This document shows, piece after piece, positions 37,718-49,674 of a DNA stretch of 64,000 bases. The position numbers were made by a program, and so were the translations under genes. Source of the stretch: Trichoplax adhaerens (taxonomy: Eukaryota > Animalia > Placozoa); assembly GCF_000150275.1 (NCBI RefSeq), contig NW_002060945.1, positions 7,243,087 through 7,307,086 on the forward strand, read 5' to 3'. Position 1 is the stretch's first letter. Each line of letters begins with the position of its first letter. The notes under the pieces were generated by a model that did not search any database, was not told the origin of the DNA, and was given only the letters and a program-made list of their open reading frames with translations.

Positions 37718-40700
37718 CTAACGGTTGCTATCGATAGGAATTTTACTTAATTCAAATAAACAATACGCGAGCGCCGAAGATGCTTCCAGGTTATCAAAGG
37801 CCAAAGATGCCAAATGTTGCTCGTACCGCCTAAGAAGACTGACAGAAAAAGCTCAAAATCAATTCCTTGGCAAACAAAAGTTTTTTCATCAATTTTGATA
37901 TCAATAGCTGTAGCTTTTGATACTACATACGTTTTAGCTTCGTGAGTAAATTTAACCAAATTGCGTAACGTTAATGCGGCTGTTAACCGAACGCATTTTG
38001 TTAACGGAAGTTCATTTTCCACCTTTGTACAAAGAAGAAATAAGTTCAAAACGTTGATACACCATTTAATGAAATAGAAATCAAAGTTATAAACCGCGTA
38101 CTGTGAGTGGAATCTTTGCTTGAGGTACATACGATTTCCTAGTAATTTTTTCATTTGATATTTCACCATAATTTTTTATGTGCTTCTAAAAGCGACACCG
38201 TAAATCGAAAAATAAATATTTTTCAACTTCATAATTTACTTAAAATAGGTTACGAGTATAAATTAACCTGTAGATGAAATATCATAGAGAATCGAGCTCT
38301 TTTGACACGTTTTGTAGTGTCATTTAAACAACCTTCCCATCCACAAAATCCTTGAGAATTATTAGCATGCACATTATAAACATGACTAGCTAGATCCTTC
38401 ACGTTCTCATAATGCCTATAGAGATAAAAGAATGATCAACACATCGATATCTAAATTCTACGATACAGAATAACCATACTTGAATACTCTTTTGCTAGAT
38501 AAACAATGTATGTAAAGCGCATATGCAGTTACTGTATGTAACGTACCGTTGGCAATCGTTCCATTTGCAAAGGTACGTTGCATTTTCCGTCTGTTGTTTA
38601 GAAGTACCAGTAGCTGCAGTATCTTCTTCAGTAGTGTCTAATTTATTCAAGCAATTACCGTTCGCTTGGCTAACTTGAGGGTATGCCTGTGTAGGTTTAA
38701 TTGTCGTCGTGCTAGAACTGGTAATGCCAGCATTCGGTAACTGTTCATGATTATCAGTCGATAACGTCAAATCAACACTTAGTTGTCCATTAACTTTATT
38801 ATCTATTTGACTTATTGATGATTTTCTCTTTAATGATGTTATTAATTCAACCGATTTCTCTCCATTACTATTATTATTCAACCCTTGCAATTCAGAATTT
38901 TCAAATCTCTGATTAAATCCTTTGTTACAATCCTTGGAAATAGATATATCATGCGTAGAAGTTATATCCTTGCGAAATTGTAAGGTTGCACCATTCTGTA
39001 AGTTACCAATAACTTTTGGTAAATTAATGCTTGCTTTCTCTGTAATGTTGCAATTCTTGGAACCGCTTTCGCTGGTTGTTCCGTTAGTATTATCGTCGTC
39101 TTTGCTACCGTTATTACTTACGCCTGAAGGATGCAGAAATCGAAAAGAGCAATCAGATAAAATTTGTACTTTAACGGAAGAAGTCGAAAGACTAGTAGAA
39201 GCAGGCTGGTTACTACCTAAACTTGCGTGTACTGTTGCGACGCTATCAGCTGTTGTTGCGGCAGAATCTTTACTAGTCATAGAACTAGGCGTGGAGTCAC
39301 AAGATAGAGAAGCGACAACTTTGTTACTACTACCAAAATTTTCTTGTCTTAAAGTAGTTGGTCCAGTTGATGCATAATTGCTTCCAGAAGACAACCCTTT
39401 ATTACGAATATTAGGGTTCGCCAACGGCATTTGAACAAATTGAGTAGTTTTTTTCAACATTTGACTAGGTAGTCGGATAGCGCCTAACTGAGAATTTTGT
39501 TTTTGCGAATCGATAGAGAACTGCGGTCCTTGAGTACTAGTGTCGATTCTTTGTAAATTAGCAGTTATATTACCCATACCACCACCTTGAGTACTAGTGT
39601 CTATTCTTTGTAAATTAGCAGTTACATTTCCCATACTTCCACCTTGAGTACTAGTGTCTATTCTTTGTAAATTAGCAGTTATATTACCCATACTTCCACT
39701 GTAAGGTTGCACAGTGGGAGTCATGTAAGGCATTTGACGTCCCTGAACAGTACCGACAACAGTAGATGTCCGAGCAACACTATTCATTACAGGTAATGTT
39801 GGCGTTCGATTAACATTGGAATGTCCTATTAATGGAATAATCATATGAATGAGAAAAATAATAACCAACATACATTGTGAATAAAGCTTAAGCGTAGTAA
39901 TTACCAGGAGTATAAGTAAATGGCAACGGTCGAGCCCTTTTCCGAACACCAGTATAAAAATATTGATTTGTGTTACCATAGGTAACACGCTTAATTTCCG
40001 CAGATGGAAATACTTCGTGTATTAAGCGACTAAATGTCGTTGAATTAACGATACCAGTGATACTAAGTCTATTGCAGGTAGCCAAGTAATCGGAGTACAT
40101 ACCACTCCGTGGTACATATCCACCGGTACAACAATCGTAAGTTGCATTTAACCTACAAGGAAATATTAGTATTATTTAAAGGTTTTCAATATAATTTTGA
40201 TGGGTACAGAAGCCAATACAGACCATGCATGTGCAAAATTTTCGTTTTCTCGATCTATTCTTGACATTTCCTCGGCTGATCGAGATACTACAGGGCTAAT
40301 AATAGCTGCTATATCCGCCATATTATTACTTGACACCTGAGGTGGCTGCGCTTGTGCAATTGTGGAGGCGCTAATCTGCGATCTTTTATCGAAAAGAAAA
40401 ATACCAGCCATGGCCTCTTCGCCGAATTTGTGAACATCAAGGCTTACCAGACTGACCAATAAATCTACAAATAATGATAATTGATAGTTGACTGATGATA
40501 AAGATATTTTTAGGCATTTTCATCACTGGTATGACATTACATGCTATGCGTCTATCACCAATACTTTTAAATAACACAGTACAATATTCGAAATTAGTAA
40601 CGTAACAATAATAACTCAAGACGACTAACCAATGGAGTGATTAACTGCTAACACTTGACAGCATGTAGCTTCTCCTAATCCAGTTAAGGCACAAAGAACA

Positions 40701-43700
40701 TCTAAGCTAGTAATGAGAAGCTGAGATAAAAAAAAGCACAAATTCAATCCATTAAAACTTATAAGCCAAATGTAAATCCTAAGAATTAAGTGCTCAAAAT
40801 TTAAAGAGTAAATACTGACATCCTTCTCACCTGAACATCAGGAACTGTTAAATAATTAATAACTACACTATAAATACTTGAATCGGTGACATTAGATATA
40901 ACTTCACTATGATCAATATTCTCACATAAGCCTGCAGTTATTTCCATTCCTGAAAGAAAATCAATCGGTGATATGTATATATATGTATCTATTTGCAAGG
41001 CACTACAAAATCAAGATATCGAAATGTAGTATTGTGATGATACTGCTAAAAACGTAGCGGTCATACCCGTTCGTCATTACAAAATGTTTGTTTAAGACTA
41101 CCGCAGTTTAATACCCTGACAACTAAACAATTAGTAATTAAATACCTTTCAGAATATCTTGCTTATCGATCGATTTTATAAGTCTCCAAACATATTTTAA
41201 TAAGATTTGAGTTCGATAATTAGTCGGTGATTCCAGCGATATCTAAGCATGAACATAAAATTATCACGGTTTGATTCACGTATCAAATTCTCCTGATAAC
41301 AAGCGACCAGATCATCAGAATTTCATTTTACCTCCGGAGATAAGTTGCTTAGCGTTTCTAAAGCGTTACTTCTTAGTGATGAAATATTACTACACATGCA
41401 TAGTAACAGGAATCTTTTATAAAATGGATTATAAAAGCCAAGTTAGTTTATATTTGTAGCATTAAACAAATCTTACCAAATGGTTCAAAATTATAAGTAC
41501 CTTAGGCATACATCAGTATTTGACAAAACAACTGCATTGGATTTTATAAACGATAAATTAAGGACTATTACCGCAACCTATTGAAAGACGAACTGTCTTA
41601 GTACAGATCACTCATTACTAATAATTAAGTATTAAGATATTACATCAGCCTACTAAAAATCGGAAATCAGTACATCATACCCTTTCAAGTCTATCAATTG
41701 CTAGCCTCGACAACTTCCCCGGATAATGATCGAACAAGTTATCATCGTTATTTTCTTCTTTGGAATTATCATCAATATTCCGATGGTCTAATTTGTAACG
41801 CAAGATCAATTAAAGTGTCATAACACAGAAATTGTGACATATTTTAATCATCATCTACCAGGAAATGGTCCATAAATCAATCTCTTAATTTCATTATCTT
41901 TCACACAGCTTTCCCAAAACTGAGAAAAAAAGGAATTACAATTAAACCAACTCATCAGAACTACCCCATTCCGTAATAAAATTCATTAGCAGATACAGTA
42001 TGGCAGATTACAATTGTTTCAAGAAAATTTAAATTCTTACCTTCACGAAATTTATTTCAGGGACGTTTAAAATACTTCTATCATTACTAATATGCTTTGC
42101 GTAATCTTTGGACAATTATAAATAAAGAGTAAATAACACAAGATTTACGCGTTCTTGCCATATCGTAATTTAGAAATTCATAATATCAACTAAAATCAAT
42201 ATACCTTGTTCGAATAATCCCACTATAGCTAAGAGTCTACGAATAAAACATGGCATCTACACATAGAATAGCGTAATGAGTAGGTGTAAAAATATTGCAA
42301 TGGCCAGTTTTAGTATCACTATACTAGGTGTATAACCTTTACAATTAGGAACGGCTTATTAGTGTCATAAGACATTTCAATTAAGATATGTAAGGCAAAT
42401 TCGACTTCATTCGGTAAACCCGACTCTAGAGCTAACATCAATGTGTCCGATGTTCTAATGCCACCTACTCAAGTAAATATTATCAAAAGCAAATTACTTA
42501 TATATTGTATATATTTGCGCAATTGTCAAATGCTTATAAAAATTAATTTAAATTTAATAGTCAGGTTTATCATTACAGAGCTCATACAATCTAAGGTTAA
42601 TAAGTTTTCTATTGTAATTATATTGCATATAGCATCAGCTAACGGTTAATAGGCAACCGAAGGTATTTTAAAATCTTAAACTGTCGCTGTTATCCATAGA
42701 TTATAATCATGGACAAAGCAACATTGGGTATCTTTCTATTAGAGCATTTATTATAAAAATCTTAAGGGTTCAAATATTTACGTTTATTAATTATCCATAT
42801 TAACGTTACTAACCTTCTATTGAAGCACTTGCCATTCTGTCGTAGGCTAATATTAGAGAAATAAGGACAAATAAGGAAAAAGTTAGCAATAATAATCACA
42901 CCCGAAAATAATAGATACTACAAGATACTATTACTATTATGCAAAGCTAACAATATAATCATTCTCTCGGTGATCATGTAGTAAAAAATAAAGAACAAGA
43001 GCTATAGCTATCGATACGGTTGCTATTTATTGACTTTCACATCGAGTAATATAAATGTATCGTAGAAACATCATCGATTCCATCATTATAATTTAATGAT
43101 GTATGTAATTCCTCATGAGGTTTGATTATCAATGTTCAATAATATAAAGATATTACATAAGAGATATTGATTAGGTAACGTTAAAAAGATTAGTTAATAA
43201 AGAGTAAGTCAAGATACCTGTCGCGTGATTGATCTTAAGTCGACCTGAAGAAATAATATCTTCAAGGTCTTCATTGAAAAAATTGGTTTTCTCGTAAATT
43301 TTAAAATACCTTGGTATAAAATTGTAGAAAGATGACTATTAACAAGTGAAATCCTGGTAGTTTCAAGTTTAGTATCGAAAATACTACAAGGTGAATAACA
43401 AGATACATCAACAAAATGAAAATGTGATCACTTTATTGTTGAGCTTCAGGGCAAGTCGGCAGTGCAGTATGAGAATCATATCATGTGGTGTAAGCTTCTT
43501 TTAAGTTTAATATTCAACTTTCATTACAATTTTAAATGCACGAAATCAAGATTAATTAAACGTTTTCATCTAAATAGTTTTTATTTCCTTTTGATTCAAA
43601 CTGCTAATTTATCTTGGGTGCCATTGTATGTTAATATAGATTTATTTCTTTATTTTGTCGTACTATTCAGGATAGTAAGTAAAGTACTGTACTACATGTA

Positions 43701-45488
43701 CTATGCGTTAATTACCTTCGATTTATTTCGTACAGCGATCGATCCAGAACAGATAATATAGTATTGTACTGTATATGGTACAGACTGTATACTGCAGTTT
43801 AGTAGGTGATTTTAAATCCTTATCCCGGCATATAGTATGATTAACAGTAGTATAGTAAAAGCTTGATTCTTCCAGATGTAATAATTATTACGCGTAATTA
43901 TTATCTTTCTTTTTCTTATTATTACACTATGTGTTACTTTGCACTAATTTGCGATTTATTCTATTGGGCTTCAATAACGGTACTGCTGTATTGTGCTTAC
44001 TTGTGCTCAATTGTAAATATCCCTGACACTAAAATCTGGTAATTATTATTGCTAAAATTGCAGGACTTTGGTATGGAACTAGCAACAAACGACGTAACTT
44101 TCGGCGTTGAGCATAGACATAACATAAATCGTATACAGTATTGTAAAATTTGCCGTCATATTACATTATCTAGGAAATTTTTTATAAATTATTCAGTTTA
44201 TGTCTATCGATGCACTGTATTGATTTGATTGCTGCACAAATTTGAAGACATTTGCATAGCGCAATAGATCGTTCAATCACTGCTATCAAAGGATTATAGG
44301 CGTAACAAGTGAAAGCAATAGATCAGACTAAAAGACGAAATGGATACGCTTTGCTTTAATCCTTGAATGCTTATAATTGGTTCTAGCTGGCGTAAGTTTT
44401 CAGTCCAAATCTATGCCGTACAGGTAACCTACTGTATTATTTAATGATCAATATTATGCACGTACGATGTATTGCAGTCAGCTAGAAGATACTGTTAGTA
44501 TTGGAAGTAAATTGAAAAAGACAGTGTGGAAAACATTAGGATATCATTCAAGCAACCATTAACAGTCTACTGTACGAAGGGAATCAATCAATCGAGATGA
44601 AGGACACCCATGAGGAAAAATAAAGAAGATTGGTCGAGAATTTTCAGAGTATAGATGATATAAATTATAAGTGCGCTATTTTATAGATAGTCCTAATGCA
44701 GACGTTCATCGGTTGTATTGTATTGCAAATGATTTTAGACCTGAAGAAGACAACTATCATGAAGTTGTATCTCGTAGAGCAAAGTTTTTGGACACAAGTC
44801 AAGACAATTTCAAGACAGCAAACTGCAAGCATATCCAATAGATAAATATATTGACCAGCTCATTGGATCAAAGTTATCTTACGCCATTACTATTTATTAT
44901 AGTACCTTAAGTAGAATTGACGTAGAGCATACGAACTATTAACGCATCCATCAGCAGGCAACTTCAAAGCTTCAGCAATTTCTGTCCATTTTCTTTGGCT
45001 AGTTACCTATTATTATAGATTCATTAATGATACGATATCGAACCCGCTCTTCTAGCTGAGAGGAATGTAGAAAAAAATAATTGCATAGCTAAACTAGGAA
45101 TACCTGAGCGCAACCACCACATGAAGTTACTTTACGATACAATGCAGCTAGATCAACCTCTTTACCGGCAAACACTGCTTTATCAATAAATGGTGATCTA
45201 ATAGTATATAACACAGTCATGATTAAGATGCAATGTCATTTAAAAATTTTTTAAATTTTAATTGTCCATTGGATTCTTCAGCCGCTGGCATCGTCAATGT
45301 AGAAGACTATTTGCAATTTGCTATATCGGTCATTTTTAGCTGTATTTGAATGTTTGTTTAGTTATATCGTGAAGAAGCATATCAACTTACCCGATAGACT
45401 TGTGAAAACTTTTTAAATTTTCTAAAAATTTATCACCGCATGGCCGGGAAGTTGGCCCGAATAACTCATTGCTCCGATAGGATGACAT
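37718..45488 (-). CDS. ARID2: ARID2/BAF200 (PBAF subunit), multi-exon
   Basis: N-terminal ARID (GKEVDLAALYRKVTSCGG, KWTEIAEALKLP); LALESGLPNEVEFAL; RFX-like winged helix (FAHAWLNATY..MYSDYLATC..YFYTGVRKRARPLP); two C2H2 fingers (CKWNDC, CGWEGC..RFSMIFHLQ); C-terminal RLTAALTLRNL..YEQHLASLAFDNLEASSALAYCLFEL. Confidence 0.95.
39528..39698 (-). repeat. Coding 57-bp tandem repeat, 3 copies, in ARID2
   Basis: Encodes G(S/G)MGN(I/V)TANLQRIDTSTQG three times; near-identical at DNA level. Confidence 0.95.
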
Positions 45489-45919
45489 TACTGTTGAAAA
45501 GAATGGCTATATCGACCTTGTTGGACACTGGGCTAATAATGTACTGTACAGTATAGGTCTCTCTCTCTATAATACAGACTATCTTAAAGCACGTTAAAGT
45601 GATAAACTGCTATAGAATATTCAAATGGGATAGTTAGAGTAAGAATTTAATTGGAACCTAGACGATTTCAATGTGCAATGGATTTCTTTTGCAATTTTGA
45701 CTTGCTTGAAGTTGATTTCCAAGTAAAAAGCAACACAGAGCGAAGAAGATTCTGAGAATGGCGCGGACGCAGCAGTGGACGGACTTCAATGTTGATTGCC
45801 TCGTTCACTATAAGCGCTTCCGTACTTTTGTGAGCATGCCCTGTTTGTGTTGTTCTTCTAGCGCCATAACTCGGACCTAAACGGTCCAGCTGGTCCACTA
45901 GAAATACCGGTATTTTAGT

Positions 45920-46180
45920 CCATGGAGTACAGTACAATGCTACAGTATACAGTACTGTATAGTATGTTGTGGCGTGTAAAATGGCTGTCATCCCATCCAA
46001 ATGATTGCCAATGAGGATGAACGATGAGTTACTGGGCGCTAACACGTGATTTATGACTTAATGGGTGATATCATTTTTGGGTACAGTACAATGCAAAGGC
46101 ATTGTACTGTACCATACTGTAGTGTACTGTACACTGAGTGTACAGTACCGTAAAAGTGGAACGCAAGCCTCATACGTGCT
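45920..46180. promoter_or_regulatory. ARID2 upstream ACAGT cluster with E-box and YY1-like site
   Basis: CAGTA/TACTG runs; AAAATGGC at ~45978; CACGTG at ~46043; AACGCAAGCCT at 46160-46170. Confidence 0.5.
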
Positions 46181-48144
46181 GACGGACGGACTTAGCATGC
46201 TGGATACAGTACCAATCTCTATCAGTAAACAGCATCTTGTAGCATAAACTGGCGCTTGATGGTAGACGACATAACAAGTTATAAAGCAAATTTGAAAATT
46301 AATTAATGAACAAAAATCTAAAATCAAATTAAAACTAGTTTATGCCCCACTGTTAGAGCAGATAAGACCCTCGCTAGCTGTTCACTGCACCAAGATTGTG
46401 CTAGTATGGTACTTTAGAGTTCTAAACTACTCCATCAACTACTGTACTCCGAGTGTGACCATTCTACATGCGTACATATTGTACAATCTAGATGGCGCAA
46501 TGCAATCAATTCAATTCAATTAAATCGGCATCCAGAAATAGCGGCTATATAATCTTGAAATTAATAATATTTGCCATAATACAAATAAATATTAATTATC
46601 GTGGTAATAATAAGTATTAACTGCAATCTGAAATAAGGTGTCGTAATAATATACTGTAACTAGAAGATTTTCTAGTTTAACAACATCTCGATACCAGCGC
46701 ATATTAACTGATCGCTACTAACGTACTAAATTGGAAGAGCATAGTTCGACCAATGTTAGGTTTGGAATAAATTATAGCGATAGTACAACATCTTCGAAAG
46801 CTATGTTTTGGATTGCTACTGATTCTATTGCTCTTACTGTAGCGGCTTCTACAGTAATTGGATCTAATCGACGTTTAAAAATAATGCAGTACGTGCTTGT
46901 CATACTATGACTGTATACTATGTGATGTGTAGTGAACACCATTTTATCCAGTAGCAAACTATGGAAATGATAGATTTGCTAGTTTTGAATTGTGAATTCG
47001 TGATCCATTTTACTGCCTAGCTAATTTAAGCCCAAATCTGCTAAAAAAAAAAAGTCCAAATCCGTAGCAAATTCTAGTTACAGCAATACTATAGTACGTA
47101 AATATTCCTTTATCATGTTTGCAAGAAGAGTAGAAAAAATATCAAATTGTAGGCGCGTATATGAACGTTCTTGTTCTGATTTATTTCCATTGCTGTTCTA
47201 CGTTAGACCCTACTTTGCAGTTTCTTTGACCTCAAATTTAGGGCTATTACGCGTAGAGCTGATTTTACAACATTATTATATAATGATGGTAAGGAACAAA
47301 TCGAATAAAACTAATAACAACGACTATATATTTAAGGAAGGATTAGGTTAGACATGGACTTTTTTCTTGTTGTCCATGAGTTCCAGTTACTGTAACAGAT
47401 GGCTAAGACGGTACCGGTGCGACAGACTCGTATAGTAAATACATTCGATGAAATGGAATAGCAGTTTATTCCCATGACATATGAAAACATGAAACACCAA
47501 ACTTTAGTTACGGACAGCAATCATATCAGCAGTGTCCGTCATAACTTTCTAATCTCCTTCTAATTAATTATGTGTTGATAACATCACGTACTACTATAGC
47601 ACTAGGGATTATCGGATAAGCATCATATCCCACTAGAGGTAATAATTAAATTATTAAAGCATTAACGACAACATTCCTGATGTCGATCCCTCTGCTGAGC
47701 TGATCTTAGTATTCCATTTGTGCTGATACACCATCAATACGCGCTATATTTCGCGCAGCTACGGACGAAATAAACTACAATTATATTGTCGAAAATCTAT
47801 TTATTATAATGATACCACGCTATAGATTACACTATAGTATGAAAGACTGAAATTTGACACCTTTCACAAATACAGAGTGAAAGAATCTAACTGTTAACAT
47901 CAAATAAGCCTTAATATATAAAATTTAATGCAAATTTACTACTGGTTAGGATAGTTGATGGATTTATCCTTTAAAATGTAATGAAACTATCTACCTAGGT
48001 TGAAATAGAATAATGTAATAAAAATAAATAAATTATAAAATGATTATAAGTTATCATACTTCATACATTTAAAGCCAAAATATCCAGTATAACTTTAATC
48101 TTTATCCTGCACTTGTTTTATAACATTAGTATTGCAGTCGAAGA

Positions 48145-49674
48145 TTAGTTAGAGCTATTCCTAGAATTGGAATTAGCAATATCGATGTAGGCTTTCAATT
48201 CTTGATCTATCTCCTTCCATATGGTAACATACCTTTATAGATATTGCAACATTAACAAGATTAATTGAATAGTGAGAAGATAAAAAGTAGCAATAATAAT
48301 GCCATTATAGTAGTATTTGTAGTGCAGATATTATTGACACAATCGCTTTTATCAAATTTATACTAACAGGTGAATAATTAAGATTAAGGTTACATATCCA
48401 AATAAAATGTAATATTACCGATACTAAAATTAAATACTATCGTCACAATAAGTGCAACGGTATGTAATAACTTAAGTAGAATTTCAATTCTAGTTAATAC
48501 AACGTTTTTAATCGCCTTGTTTAAGGTAGCCTTGAATACAAGAATACTTACTTTCCAACATCGATAGGGACGCCTTCCTTTGTATATACTGTGAACGTTC
48601 CACGCTCGAATAATAAATCATGACCGATTGCACCCCATTCAACCATCGATACTTTACCATGAGTAGCTCCTTCTCTTTTCAATGATCGATAAAATTCTGT
48701 TATTGCTGTAGGAAAGTGTAAAATTTAACACCTTAATGCTTACACCAAACATTTCCAACCAAAAGTAAATATGACTTTTGTACTGGCCAGTATTGTATTC
48801 TTCTTAACCCATTTAATGATATTATCGAAGCAATTGCTTTTTAAATTCATTAAAGGTAATTGTGTCAATAAAGAAAGCCCAAGAATGGGTGCTGATAATA
48901 CCAAATGGTTAAAGTAATTTAGTTATCTGGCATTAAAAATATATTTTATCTTACACAGCATCCACCTTAATTATTCGGCGCATACTACTCGCATACGTTT
49001 ATCATTTCGAATGAATCGCGGGCCATTAGCTGATCTCTTTAACTATTTTATAATTCATATTAATCACGAAAAAATGTTGTATAAATCTTAGGGACTGTCC
49101 TATTCCGACTTTACGACTGATATAATAATTAAATTAAAAAATTAGTGGCATTGTTGGTAGTACCAGGTACTAGGAGGCAGTAGTAGGTATACATGATTTT
49201 TTAAAATAGGATGGATGGTCAAGGTATGTAAATATTATATACGTGTATGCAGTTTGGTACCAAGGAAAGAACATAATTTGGGGCGTATTATGAGATATGC
49301 GGTACTATTTAAGAGGACTAGAGTAATAATATGTGGTAGTTCCTAGAACTACACTTGAGATTATAACTTTACTGGTTACTACTTTTACCGTCTAACATTA
49401 TGTGAAATATTGTGACCAAATGATGCTGTAAATCACACTTTATTCACTCAAGCATGAATTTCCTACCTTCATTGCCTATGACTGATTCATATCCGTGGGG
49501 CATTAAAGTGGCATCGGAAGTATACATTGATTTTATCTCATCAAGGTTATTACTATTCAATGTATCATGAAATTTCTTGCTAGCTTTACTAATCTTATCG
49601 CCGATATCGGACTCTGAGCCTACAACATTAAGAGAGAGAATAACACAAAGAGATAGCAGAAATGTTAAGAGCAT
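48145..49674 (-). CDS. Secreted SnoaL/NTF2-like (DUF4440/YybH-type) protein, 3 exons, about 150 aa
   Basis: Signal peptide; LDEIKSMYTSDATLMPHGYESVIGNE-AITEFY...LFERGTFTVYTKEGVPIDVGK-YVTIWKEIDQELKAYIDIANSN. The YTxDAxLMP, GKYVxIWK and DIxNS motifs are typical of this family. Confidence 0.85.

Noticed and set aside
38922-39377. 151-aa + strand ORF
   Set aside because: Antisense shadow of the large ARID2 exon.
38495-39988. Stand-alone 497-aa protein with hydrophobic N-terminus
   Set aside because: It is an ARID2 exon; the hydrophobic start is out-of-frame exon plus intron sequence (acceptor near 39826).
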